Of a DNA stretch of 40,976 bases, positions 27,895 through 36,916 are shown in pieces; position 1 is the first letter of the stretch, and the number at the start of each line of letters is the position of its first letter. Where the stretch lies: assembly GCA_041500865.1 (NCBI GenBank), contig JBGQMY010000009.1:1-40976 (forward strand). Reading direction: 5' to 3'. A program made the position numbers and the translations under genes. Below the pieces are notes generated by a model, which saw only the letters and a program-made list of their open reading frames with translations, searched no databases and was not told the DNA's origin. The stretch is from Candidatus Micrarchaeia archaeon. Its GTDB lineage: Archaea > Micrarchaeota > Micrarchaeia > Anstonellales > J096.

Positions 27895-28404
27895 TCATCT
27901 TCCCCTTGCAAGCGCCACTATTGCCACGAACCCCAGTATGGCAAGCGAAGGGCAAAGCGGGCTCGGCGGAGGGCTTGGATGGGGATTTTCCTCTGATGCG
28001 TTCAGCGCCCCGGTCGCTATGTCAAGCGTAAACTTGTAATATCCGCCCTTCTCAAGCGAAATTTCCTGGCTCGTCAACGTCCCGTTCTCGGCCTGCACCA
28101 TGAACATGCCAGTTGAGTAGAAGCAGGGGTTCGAATAAGAGTACCATTCGAACCATTCGCTGGCTGCGCATATCCCATTGCTGCAGTTGATTGCGATGTT
28201 GCCGGGCTTTGTGTCGCTTAAATTCGTGATAGTGTGGTTTCCAGCCAATGAGCAAAGATAGGTTAATTTCGCCTCGCCGGCATAAGGCTGGCCGTTGTTG
28301 GCAAGGCTGATGTGGACGCTTGGCTGCATGGGCGGCGGGGCGTCCGCAAAAGCAAGAGCCATGATAAGCAGCGAGAGAATGGCAACGACAGGCAATCTTC
28401 CCAT
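27895..28404 (-). CDS. Secreted protein with signal peptide and C-terminal membrane anchor
   Basis: MGRLPVVAILSLLIMALAFA-DAPPP; Cys and N-x-S/T sites; PSPPPSPLCPS-LAILGFVAIVALARGR tail; TATA ~22 nt upstream. Confidence 0.75.
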   Translation of the reverse strand: MGRLPVVAILSLLIMALAFADAPPPMQPSVHISLANNGQPYAGEAKLTYLCSLAGNHTITNLSDTKPGNIAINCSNGICAASEWFEWYSYSNPCFYSTGMFMVQAENGTLTSQEISLEKGGYYKFTLDIATGALNASEENPHPSPPPSPLCPSLAILGFVAIVALARGR

Positions 28405-28584
28405 GCCTTGATTATGCTTGCCATGTTTTAAAACATTGCCATCCTGCAAGGCGCTGGGCCTTGCCGTATGAGAAACACATCCACCCTTCCATTTACCATA
28501 ATCAGGCCGCGCAGAATCCCGGCCAGCGAAAACATCGCCGCAGCATGGGCATATTTTATAAAACAGATAGACGAAAAGCGTCTC

Positions 28585-30945
28585 ATGGAAAAGCACTTCG
28601 GCCGCGAAACGGAAGAAAAAATCCAGCGGCTCTGGGAAGAAAACAGCATTTACAGGTTTGACAGGGAGGCAGCGGTCAGCGGAAAAAAGCCAATTTACTC
28701 AATAGACACGCCCCCTCCGTTCACAAGCGGCACAATGCACATGGGCCACGTTCTCAGCTACACCTATTTCGACATAGTCGCGCGCTACAAGAGGATGAAC
28801 GGCTTTGAGGTCCTTTATCCCCAGGGCTGGGACTCCCAGGGCTTCCCGACGGAGGTCAAGGTGGAAAAGAAGTTCGGCAGGCTGCCAAGGGAAGAGTTCA
28901 GGAAGAAATGCGTTGAGTTCAGCTGGGAGATGATAGGCAAGATGAGGGCGCAGATGAAGAGCGTCGGCTTCTCGCCTGACTGGTCTTTAGAGTATGTAAC
29001 GATGACGCCGGAATACCATGCAGCCGTCCAGCGCTCAGTCATAGAGATGTACAAAAAGGGCGAGGTCTACAGGGCAGACCACCCGGTCCTCTGGTGCACG
29101 CACTGCAGGTCCGCAATCGCGAAGTCAGAGACCAACGAAAAGGACGAGGAAACTGCGCTTTACCATTTCCCGTTCATGTTCAACAATAGGGAAGTAATCG
29201 TAGCTTCCACAAGGCCCGAATACCTCCATGCCTGCGTCGCGCTAATGGTGCATCCGAAAGACGAAAGGCACAGGGGCATGGCAGGAAAGGCCGTCAAGAC
29301 GCCTTTCGGCAAGGACGTTCCAGTCATAGAGGACAGCGAGGTTGACATGTCCTTCGGCACAGGCGCGGTCATGCTTTGCACGTACGGGGACAAGCAGGAC
29401 GTGATGTGGCAGAAGAGGTACAGCCTTCCTGTGATAAGGGCAATAAGCGAGGACGGCAGGATGGTGGGCAGCCCGCTTTACGACGGGCTAAACGTCAAGG
29501 AGGCAAGGAAGAAGGCCATTGAATATTTGGAGCAGAAGGGCATGCTGAAAAAGACCGAGACGCTGAAGCACACGGTCAAGGTGCATGACAGGTGCGGCCA
29601 TGCAGTAGAGATGCTGCTTTCCAAGGAATGGTTCGCCAACGTGAAGGAAAAGGGCGACGAGATACGGAAGATGGCGGCAGAGATAAAATGGTTCCCTGGT
29701 TTTGGCATACACTATCTGACTGACTGGCTGGACACCATAGACTGGGACTGGGTCATCAGCAGGGACAGGGTTTTCGGCACGCCCATCCCGTTCTACGTTT
29801 GCGACAAGTGCGGGGCGACCGAGCCGGTCCCTGATGCCGAGATTCCGTTTGATCCTGACAAGGCGAAGGGCATGAAGTGCCCCAAGTGCGGGGCCGCGAT
29901 GAAGCCGGAGCCCAAGGTCTTTGACGTGTGGATAGACTCCAGCATAACGCCGCTCATAGTGTCGGGATGGAAAAGGGACCCGGAGCTTTTCAAGGTCGCA
30001 TACCCGACATCGCTTAGGCCACAGGGCGTTGAGATAGTGCGCACCTGGGCGTTTTACACAATCTACAGGTCAGGCGTCGCGCTCACAGGCAAAAAGCCGT
30101 GGAACGACATACTGCTGAATGGCAATGTTCTGGCTCCGGACGGCAAGAAGATGTCCAAGTCGCTCGGCAACATCATAGATCCCAGCGACCTGATGAAGGA
30201 ATACCCGGCTGACGCAATCAGGGGATGGGCGGCGATGAGCGGGGCTATGGCAAAGGACAGGCCCTTCAGCTTTGAGGACATAAAGTACGCAAAGCAGTTC
30301 CTGAACAAGTACTGGAATGCGTCAAAGCTTGTCATGACCGCACTTGAGGGATATGACGGAAAGGCGTTCAGGATGGACGAGCTGAGGACAGTTGACAGAT
30401 GGATGCTGTCAAGGCTTTCGGCAGTCACGAAGCAGGTCACCGAGGCTTACGATGCTTATGACTTCAGGGCCGCAATATCCGCTCTGATGGGGTTCTTCTG
30501 GGGCGAGTTCTGCGACTATTACCTGGAATACTCCAAATACAGGATTTACGAAAACGTTGAGAAAGAGAAGTGCCAGTATGTCCTCCGCACGGTGCTTTAC
30601 AATTGCGGCAAGCTGTTCTTCCCGATATTCCCGCACATAACTGAAGAGGTTTACAGGGAAGTGCTAAAATCGCCTGATGGCGTTTCAATACAGAAAACGA
30701 CGTGGCCATCGCTTTCGTTTGAGGACAAAAAGGCCGAGGAGACGGCAAAATCAGCCAACGAGATAATGAGGCAAGTAAGGGAGCACAAGGCAGGCAAGCA
30801 GCTTTCAATGAAAGAGGAAATCGCAAAGGCAAGGGCATTTTCGCCTGTTGAGCTGGGCGACTTCATTGAGGATATCAAGAAAACAGGAAAGATAAAGGAA
30901 CTGGAAGCCGCGAAAGGGGACGCGCCGAAGTTCGAGGCGCCCTAA
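28585..30945 (+). CDS. valS: Valine--tRNA ligase
   Basis: IDTPPP, HMGH, GWD.QG.PTE, DWVISRDRVFGTPIP, KMSKS; start from TATA TTTTATAA at ~28554. Confidence 0.95.
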   Translation: MEKHFGRETEEKIQRLWEENSIYRFDREAAVSGKKPIYSIDTPPPFTSGTMHMGHVLSYTYFDIVARYKRMNGFEVLYPQGWDSQGFPTEVKVEKKFGRLPREEFRKKCVEFSWEMIGKMRAQMKSVGFSPDWSLEYVTMTPEYHAAVQRSVIEMYKKGEVYRADHPVLWCTHCRSAIAKSETNEKDEETALYHFPFMFNNREVIVASTRPEYLHACVALMVHPKDERHRGMAGKAVKTPFGKDVPVIEDSEVDMSFGTGAVMLCTYGDKQDVMWQKRYSLPVIRAISEDGRMVGSPLYDGLNVKEARKKAIEYLEQKGMLKKTETLKHTVKVHDRCGHAVEMLLSKEWFANVKEKGDEIRKMAAEIKWFPGFGIHYLTDWLDTIDWDWVISRDRVFGTPIPFYVCDKCGATEPVPDAEIPFDPDKAKGMKCPKCGAAMKPEPKVFDVWIDSSITPLIVSGWKRDPELFKVAYPTSLRPQGVEIVRTWAFYTIYRSGVALTGKKPWNDILLNGNVLAPDGKKMSKSLGNIIDPSDLMKEYPADAIRGWAAMSGAMAKDRPFSFEDIKYAKQFLNKYWNASKLVMTALEGYDGKAFRMDELRTVDRWMLSRLSAVTKQVTEAYDAYDFRAAISALMGFFWGEFCDYYLEYSKYRIYENVEKEKCQYVLRTVLYNCGKLFFPIFPHITEEVYREVLKSPDGVSIQKTTWPSLSFEDKKAEETAKSANEIMRQVREHKAGKQLSMKEEIAKARAFSPVELGDFIEDIKKTGKIKELEAAKGDAPKFEAP

Positions 30946-31358
30946 AATTCCCTTATCAGCATCGTCCTGTAATACCCGAATCCCAATTTTTTGTATATCC
31001 TGTTTGCAATCCTGTTTTTCCTGTCAACCGTGAGCGAAATGCTTTTCACGCCGCGCTTTTTCATCGCGGTGACGCATCCTTTCACCAATTGCTTGCCGAT
31101 TCCCTTGCCGCGCCATTCCTTTGCCATGAAAAAGGACTGGATTCTGGCTGCATTTGGGACAAATGTAATCATCCTTGTCCCAAACACTGCGCCGATTGGC
31201 TTTCCTTTTTCCTCGGCAACCAATGACGCGCCTGGAATTCCATTATCAAGAAAAAAGCCGAATGCAGCAAGCACCTGTTTTTCGCTGTCGCCGAATATCT
31301 TGGCATTGAGCCTTGCGAGTTTCCTAAGGTCTTTTTTCTGTATTCTCCTGATTTTCAT
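30942..31358 (-). CDS. GNAT-family N-acetyltransferase
   Basis: WRGKGIGKQL acetyl-CoA motif; N..A..IYKKLGF. Confidence 0.88.
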   Translation of the reverse strand: MKIRRIQKKDLRKLARLNAKIFGDSEKQVLAAFGFFLDNGIPGASLVAEEKGKPIGAVFGTRMITFVPNAARIQSFFMAKEWRGKGIGKQLVKGCVTAMKKRGVKSISLTVDRKNRIANRIYKKLGFGYYRTMLIREF

Positions 31359-31395
31359 TGTTTCACATGCCTTGCACTTGCAAAATAAGGATGAT

Positions 31396-31935
31396 CTAAT
31401 CGCTTGACTCAACATACCCGACTATGTATATGGGTATGATGCTGGTTGTGCTGGTGCCGTCCTGCATAGTTAGCAAACAGCCCGAATTTATCGGTTCGTA
31501 ACAGTTTGTGAAATCCACTTGCATATCCACTTTTGCCGTAGTTCCCTTGCCGGGATATGTTACCCCACTTGGGCCGCTCATCTGGTTGAGGTTGAACCTG
31601 TAGACCTTGCTTTCGCCCTGCCTGAGCGTGTCGTATTCGGTAAAGGTATGGGTTGCGTCCCTATAGCTCAGCGTTATCCCGGTTATCTCGACTTTGTACC
31701 CGAAGTTGTTGGACAGGTTGAGTGCAAGGACGGTGTTGCCATCCGTTCCCGCCATCAGGAAGCTGCTTACCGGCATCTGGGGCGGCGATATGGCATAGTT
31801 GGCAGCGGAATTCTTTGGAGAGAATATGCCGCTTCCGATTATTATTGCGATGACTGCGGCTATTATCAGGATTGCCCATCCGTATGTAAGAAGGTACTCA
31901 AGCGAGGCCTGTCCTTTCATCCCTTTTGATGGCAT
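31396..31935 (-). CDS. Class III signal peptide (type IV pilin-like) protein
   Basis: KG/QASLEYLLTYGWAILIIAAVIAII. Confidence 0.85.
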   Translation of the reverse strand: MPSKGMKGQASLEYLLTYGWAILIIAAVIAIIIGSGIFSPKNSAANYAISPPQMPVSSFLMAGTDGNTVLALNLSNNFGYKVEITGITLSYRDATHTFTEYDTLRQGESKVYRFNLNQMSGPSGVTYPGKGTTAKVDMQVDFTNCYEPINSGCLLTMQDGTSTTSIIPIYIVGYVESSD

Positions 31936-32021
31936 AGTGGGTATTTGCCGGTATTTGTTTTTAAATCTTGGCTGGACCGGCCATGCGGCTTTTATAAACA
32001 GCTTGCGCCACTAATGGAAAC

Positions 32022-32474
32022 ATGAGGCAGCTAAATGCCCGGAAGCCCCGGAAGCGACAAGGCGCAAAGCGGATTCTACACGAGATACTGCCAAGCGAGA
32101 AGCGTTCTGAAGTGGAGCAGCATGTGCTTAATGCAGGGCTGTATAACTCTGCGATTAAAGGAAATATTGCCGGAATGAAGCGTGCCCTGGAAGGCGGCGC
32201 AGACATAAACATGAGTTCAGAAGAGGGCGTCTGGAATACGCTTTTGCATACGACCGTAATCCACAATCAAGGCAAAGCCTGCGCTTTCCTCATAAAAAAA
32301 GGCGCAGATTTATTCGCAACTGGCGATTCGGGGCACACGCCGCTGCAGGTGGCCGCTAAATGGGGCCGCTCTGAGATTATGCGTATTATTGCCGATGGGA
32401 TGGCCGGCGCCCTTGTCGGAAGGAAAAACGAAGAGGCATTCATCTCGTCTTTCCGCGCCTGCGTTTCATCCTGA
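32022..32474 (+). CDS. Ankyrin-repeat protein
   Basis: ALEGGADIN, TLLH, LIKKGAD, GHTPLQVAAKWG; ends FRACVSS. Confidence 0.88.
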   Translation: MRQLNARKPRKRQGAKRILHEILPSEKRSEVEQHVLNAGLYNSAIKGNIAGMKRALEGGADINMSSEEGVWNTLLHTTVIHNQGKACAFLIKKGADLFATGDSGHTPLQVAAKWGRSEIMRIIADGMAGALVGRKNEEAFISSFRACVSS

Positions 32475-32503
32475 TTTTTAATCTCTTCGCCCAAGACACA
32501 GTT

Positions 32504-33271
32504 ATGCCAAAAACAGGAAAGGGCAGCCTTTCATTGGTCGGCCTCGGATGCTCAATCGACCCCACGCTCAGGGGGATGGAGGCGATAAAGGCAGCCGATG
32601 AGGTTTACCTTGACGGATACACGAGCCCTGTTGCCAAGAACATGAAGGCGCTTGTTGAGAAATCAATCGGCGCCAAGGTCAAGGTCGCTGACAGGAAGAT
32701 GATTGAGGAAGGGGCAATATTGAAAGAGGCAAAGTCAAGGAAGGTGTGCCTGCTTGTCATAGGCGACCCGATGTTCGCGACTACCCACATCTCGCTCATC
32801 AACGACGCAAAAAAGCTAGGGATTGAGACGCGCATAGTCAGCAACGCCGGCATCTTCAACGCAGCCGGTAAAACAGGGCTGAGCCCCTACAAGTTCGGAA
32901 GGACCGTGACGCTTTCATACTGGAGGGAAAAATACAAACCAGTTAGCCCGCTTGAGTTCATTGAAAAAAACAGGAGCATTGGCCTGCACACGCTTGTGCT
33001 GCTTGACGTGGCCGAGGATTTGGGGCCGATGGACGCGAAGCTTGCAATAAGGCAGATAAGGGACATGGAAAAGGCGATTGGAAAAAGCATCATTAAGGAA
33101 ATGCTTGTGCTGAGCCGCATTGGCTTCAGCGACGAAAGAATAACGTCCGGGACGCTGGAAAGGCTTGAAAAGGCGGAGCTTGGGAAGCCCCTGTTCTCGT
33201 TCATCGTGCCAGGGGAGATGACAGACATGGAGAAAGAGTTCGCGAAGTCAATGGTCAGGTTCCTTGGCTGA
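32504..33271 (+). CDS. dph5: Diphthine synthase
   Basis: LVGLG, YLDGYTS, IGDPMFATTH, GLSPYKFGRTVT, GLHTLVLLD. Confidence 0.93.
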   Translation: MPKTGKGSLSLVGLGCSIDPTLRGMEAIKAADEVYLDGYTSPVAKNMKALVEKSIGAKVKVADRKMIEEGAILKEAKSRKVCLLVIGDPMFATTHISLINDAKKLGIETRIVSNAGIFNAAGKTGLSPYKFGRTVTLSYWREKYKPVSPLEFIEKNRSIGLHTLVLLDVAEDLGPMDAKLAIRQIRDMEKAIGKSIIKEMLVLSRIGFSDERITSGTLERLEKAELGKPLFSFIVPGEMTDMEKEFAKSMVRFLG

Positions 33272-34433
33272 AGTCCATCAGCGTTTTTTGCCTCAAAATC
33301 CTGCTTTTGTAAACGTAATCCGTGATTCCAATAGTTAGCCTTGTCTTGAGATAGGACAGGGCGTCCTTGACGTCCTCAAAAACCAAGGGCCTCTGCTTCA
33401 TGGCGTTCCTCACGTTCTCGCGCACCTGCCACACGCCGACCGGGATGTTGAACCCTTCATGGACCTCCCTTATGACGACGACTGAGGCCTGGCGCCTCAT
33501 GCCCTTCAACGCCTCGGCGACCGCGAACCTTGAGGCGTAGTATCCGCCTGCCTGCGAATCCGCATAGCTGGTCCTTCCATCCCATCCCTCATACTCCTCG
33601 CTGACGAAGTAGCTGCCGCCCGCGCCCCAGCTCGTCTTGGGCGCCCATGCCTCAAAGTTCTCGAACCTCCAGGCGCCGGGCATGAGAAGGACATGAAAGT
33701 CGTTGAAAAGGTAGGAGCTTTCAAAAAGCATGACCTTGTCCACGCTTTCAAAGCCCTTCAGCCTGCCTATGTTGAATTTCCCTATGGTGTCGTCCACTGC
33801 AGTTATGCTCCAGCGCGTGGGCACTATCTTCTTGTCCTCGCCAAGGACGCCTGCTGAAAAAATCCTCGTTATATAATATGGGTCAAAGTCCCTGACATAC
33901 AGCTCCTTCAGCCCTATGTTGGTCTTTGCCTTCTCGCTGTATAAAGAATAAACTTTCCTTGGGATGCTGCTTATGTCTTCCGTTTCTATTATCCTCTTCA
34001 GGGGCGCGGAAGGGCCCATGGGCTGCACCACGGCGCTCAGCGTTATGTTGACGCTCGGCTTCTTTGAAAGCAGCATCTCCATGTAGTGCGGCCTCTCTGC
34101 CATCGCAATCGCCTGTATCTGCTCTATGTTGGACGGCTTCTGCGACGTTGCAAACTTCCTTCCCATAACCTCGCTTACTCTGCTTTTTATCAAGTCCGAA
34201 TATCCGTGGCCGAAGAGCCTGTGTATCGGCGTGAACTCCCTCATTGCTACGGCAGGCCCAAAGCTTATGTTTGGAAAATCGTATGACGAAACGAAGAAGT
34301 CGCAGCCTTTCCCGTATATGTCGTCGCTGATTATGGCCTTGAGCTCCTCCTTGTACTGCTCGGTCTCGCTTAGCAGGAACGAGGAGCGCAGCCACTCCTT
34401 GTGGCGCTCAATGCTCACGGGCGGCTTTACCAT
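33255..34433 (-). CDS. nreA: Nre-family archaeal DNA repair protein
   Basis: VPTRWSITAVD, GGYYASR, IPVGVWQVRE; C-terminal PIP box QKTLMDF. Confidence 0.88.
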   Translation of the reverse strand: MVKPPVSIERHKEWLRSSFLLSETEQYKEELKAIISDDIYGKGCDFFVSSYDFPNISFGPAVAMREFTPIHRLFGHGYSDLIKSRVSEVMGRKFATSQKPSNIEQIQAIAMAERPHYMEMLLSKKPSVNITLSAVVQPMGPSAPLKRIIETEDISSIPRKVYSLYSEKAKTNIGLKELYVRDFDPYYITRIFSAGVLGEDKKIVPTRWSITAVDDTIGKFNIGRLKGFESVDKVMLFESSYLFNDFHVLLMPGAWRFENFEAWAPKTSWGAGGSYFVSEEYEGWDGRTSYADSQAGGYYASRFAVAEALKGMRRQASVVVIREVHEGFNIPVGVWQVRENVRNAMKQRPLVFEDVKDALSYLKTRLTIGITDYVYKSRILRQKTLMDFSQGT

Positions 34434-35085
34434 GTGTGCCTCCCAGCAGCCTTTTGGCTTTCTTTATCATCCGGTGATACATCCTCTCAAATTTGTTTAT
34501 CCTCTTGACGAGCACCGGCTTTCCCCTGGATACCGCCCTAAGCAGGCCTTTTGGGGAGGATATGTCGATATCCGCGGTTTCCACGTAGGCGCAGCCAAAC
34601 CCCTCCAGCCAGTGCGAGTCGCTGCCTGCCCCCATCAGTTTTTTGTTCCTTTCGGCAAAGTCGCGCGCCCTGCCGTCGCTGACGAACATGCTCCTTGGAT
34701 TAAAGACCTCTATTATGTCGCACATCCCCATCGCGGGCTCGTATGCCCCCAGCCCATGCCTGGTAAGCGAGTACGGGTGCGGGACGTATGACACCGCGCC
34801 CTGCTCCCCTATCCTGTCCATTGTCTCTTCCGGGGAAAGTCCTTTCGGTATCCCCTCAGTCAGCATAAGGCCCGAAACCTCGCCCTTTGATGTAAGTATT
34901 TCCTCGCCAATCACAAAGGGCCAGCCATGCTTCCTTGAGGCCTCCTTAGCCTCTTTTTCCGCTGCCATCGTGTTGTGGTCGGTTATGAAAGGCACAATCC
35001 CCATTTTCTTTCCTTTTGCTATGAGCTGCTCCGGCGTTGCGGTGCTGTCGGAGTAAACAGTGTGGTTATGCATGTCAAGCTTCAT
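34408..35085 (-). CDS. PHP-domain phosphoesterase
   Basis: DMHNHT.YSD, ITDHN, GEEI, PHPY, IEVFN, GSDSH. Confidence 0.9.
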   Translation of the reverse strand: MKLDMHNHTVYSDSTATPEQLIAKGKKMGIVPFITDHNTMAAEKEAKEASRKHGWPFVIGEEILTSKGEVSGLMLTEGIPKGLSPEETMDRIGEQGAVSYVPHPYSLTRHGLGAYEPAMGMCDIIEVFNPRSMFVSDGRARDFAERNKKLMGAGSDSHWLEGFGCAYVETADIDISSPKGLLRAVSRGKPVLVKRINKFERMYHRMIKKAKRLLGGTHGKAAREH

Positions 35086-35143
35086 GGTTTCATATGGCTA
35101 TTGACATATTTAATGGTTTCGCCGCCCCCTTGCCACGGCTTGT

Positions 35144-35551
35144 TCATTTTACTGAGTCGATTGCCTTAAGGACGGCATCTGTCGCCTTTCTTCCTGCCAG
35201 CTTGGCTAACGTCCTTTTGCTTTCTTCAAGAAGGACCTTGCATACCTCCCTGTTGCAGAACTCCTTTGCAAGAGAGTACGCGGTCTTGCCTTGCTTGTCC
35301 TTTGCATCGGGCCTTGCCCCATGCCTAAGAAGGAAGCGGCACATGTCAGGCCTGTCCCAGGCTGCCGCATGCATCAATGCCGTCCTTCCATGCTTTAGGT
35401 AAATGTTAATGTCGAAGCCCTCCCTGATGGCCTTCTTTAGCGTGTCAAAGCCCCGGTCCTTGAACATGCCTTCCAACAGCGTTTGCGCGTCCGTGAATTG
35501 GGGGCGCCTTGGCTTGGCGGCTGTCTTGCCATTCAGCCTACTCTTTAACAT
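35144..35551 (-). CDS. Ankyrin-repeat protein
   Basis: GRTALMHAA, LLRHGARPDAKDKQGKTAYSLA. Confidence 0.88.
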   Translation of the reverse strand: MLKSRLNGKTAAKPRRPQFTDAQTLLEGMFKDRGFDTLKKAIREGFDINIYLKHGRTALMHAAAWDRPDMCRFLLRHGARPDAKDKQGKTAYSLAKEFCNREVCKVLLEESKRTLAKLAGRKATDAVLKAIDSVK

Positions 35552-35582
35552 AATCAGATTATTGCGTGAAGGAGTTAAAAAG

Positions 35583-35969
35583 TCATTCCTTCACAAGCAC
35601 GCCGCTTAGCACGCCGTGCTGGCCTGGCCTGCTTGTTATCCTGACCTTGCCCATTTCCGTCTGGACTATGGCGCCCTTTGTCATGATGTTCTGCCTCGTG
35701 AAGTCCGGGGTGTTGCCCTTAATCACGTTGGTTATCCTGACCCTTTTTGCGCCCTTCTCCGACGGGACGTTGACGAACTGCGTTTTTCTTATCCTGACCT
35801 TTGAGTTTCCGCCGCCTGTCCTCGTCTTCTTGAGCTCCTCCTTCTCGCTAAGCTTCGTGGCAGTGAACGTGCCCCCGGCATGCACAAGCCTCTTGTCGGA
35901 AAACTTGACCTTCTTGCCGCCCGTGCCCTTTGATACCTTTCCCCTGTAATTCTCGTGATATTGATCCAT
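35583..35969 (-). CDS. rps8e: 30S ribosomal protein S8e
   Basis: GTGG, RTGGGN, RQNIMTKGAIVQT, ITSRPGQHG. Confidence 0.95.
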   Translation of the reverse strand: MDQYHENYRGKVSKGTGGKKVKFSDKRLVHAGGTFTATKLSEKEELKKTRTGGGNSKVRIRKTQFVNVPSEKGAKRVRITNVIKGNTPDFTRQNIMTKGAIVQTEMGKVRITSRPGQHGVLSGVLVKE

Positions 35970-36069
35970 AAAGCATCACTTTGCGTATGGGATTAGCCTG
36001 GATAGCCTTTTTAATGCTTTGCAGGATGCCGAGTCAACATTTAAAAGTCCGGCGCCGCAAAGTCAAACC

Positions 36070-36912
36070 ATGAAGAGCCTTGCGTCCGTTCTTGTGTTCG
36101 CCGCCATTGTTTGCGGCCTTGTTTCAGCGATAAACATAATAAAGCCCATAAACGCCGCGATAGTTGACGGCGCATCATATGACCTCGGAAGCATGGGGCC
36201 CGGCCAGGCGATGAGCGTGCTGATTTCAAGGACTGAAACGACCGGAGGCAAGTTCGGCACTGGCGGGTATTTTGACTATGCCAACGCAACCGACCTTCCG
36301 GCAGGCTGGAACATGACGCCTTCCCAAATATACGGGAACCCGTTGCAGATAGTCATCATTTCCGGGGCGGACGCAGCCAACGGGAATTATACAATACCCA
36401 TAAAGGTATATGATTATCCCGCAATCTTCTATGAGAATGATAGCGGGAACAACAGCGAGGGCCTTGGGGACAGGATGTTCCTTGCTTCCATACACATAGA
36501 CGACAACGTCCTGGGCCTTGGCAGGGTTTCAGGCACGTCCTATGCAGGGGAGAACCAGCCGGTCCGCTTCACCATGAAGCTGGAAAACAGGGGCAACGCA
36601 GGCGACATATTCGTGATAGAGGGCGTTTCGTTCAAGCAGAGGATAGTCAGGGAGATTTACGTAGCCCCGGAAAGCGAAACTCTTGTTCCGTTTGAGTTCG
36701 TTTACCAGGGCTCGGGCCCGCAGACAGTCAACTTCACCGCATATTCCAAGAACAGCCCGGCAAGGGTGAGGAAGTCGCTTTCATATCCAGTCATGATAAG
36801 GAACACTTTGCAGGCGGACCTCAGCTCCATGGGCTACGGCGTGGTCATATTCCCGCTTTTTGAGCACGGCAGCTATGCCCTTGGGCACCTCCTGTCCTAT
36901 CTGCTTGGGTAA
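36070..36912 (+). CDS. Secreted/membrane-anchored beta-rich protein (Ig-like domains suspected)
   Basis: Signal peptide MKSLASVLVFAAIVCGLVSA, several N-x-T sequons, LENRGNAGD segment, hydrophobic C-terminus. Confidence 0.7.
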   Translation: MKSLASVLVFAAIVCGLVSAINIIKPINAAIVDGASYDLGSMGPGQAMSVLISRTETTGGKFGTGGYFDYANATDLPAGWNMTPSQIYGNPLQIVIISGADAANGNYTIPIKVYDYPAIFYENDSGNNSEGLGDRMFLASIHIDDNVLGLGRVSGTSYAGENQPVRFTMKLENRGNAGDIFVIEGVSFKQRIVREIYVAPESETLVPFEFVYQGSGPQTVNFTAYSKNSPARVRKSLSYPVMIRNTLQADLSSMGYGVVIFPLFEHGSYALGHLLSYLLG

Positions 36913-36916
36913 TCCG

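Noticed and set aside
33255..34433. Nre lacks the N-terminal Cys-rich motif seen in many homologs
   Set aside because: Core and PIP box are intact, and I cannot establish without alignments that the loss is unusual.
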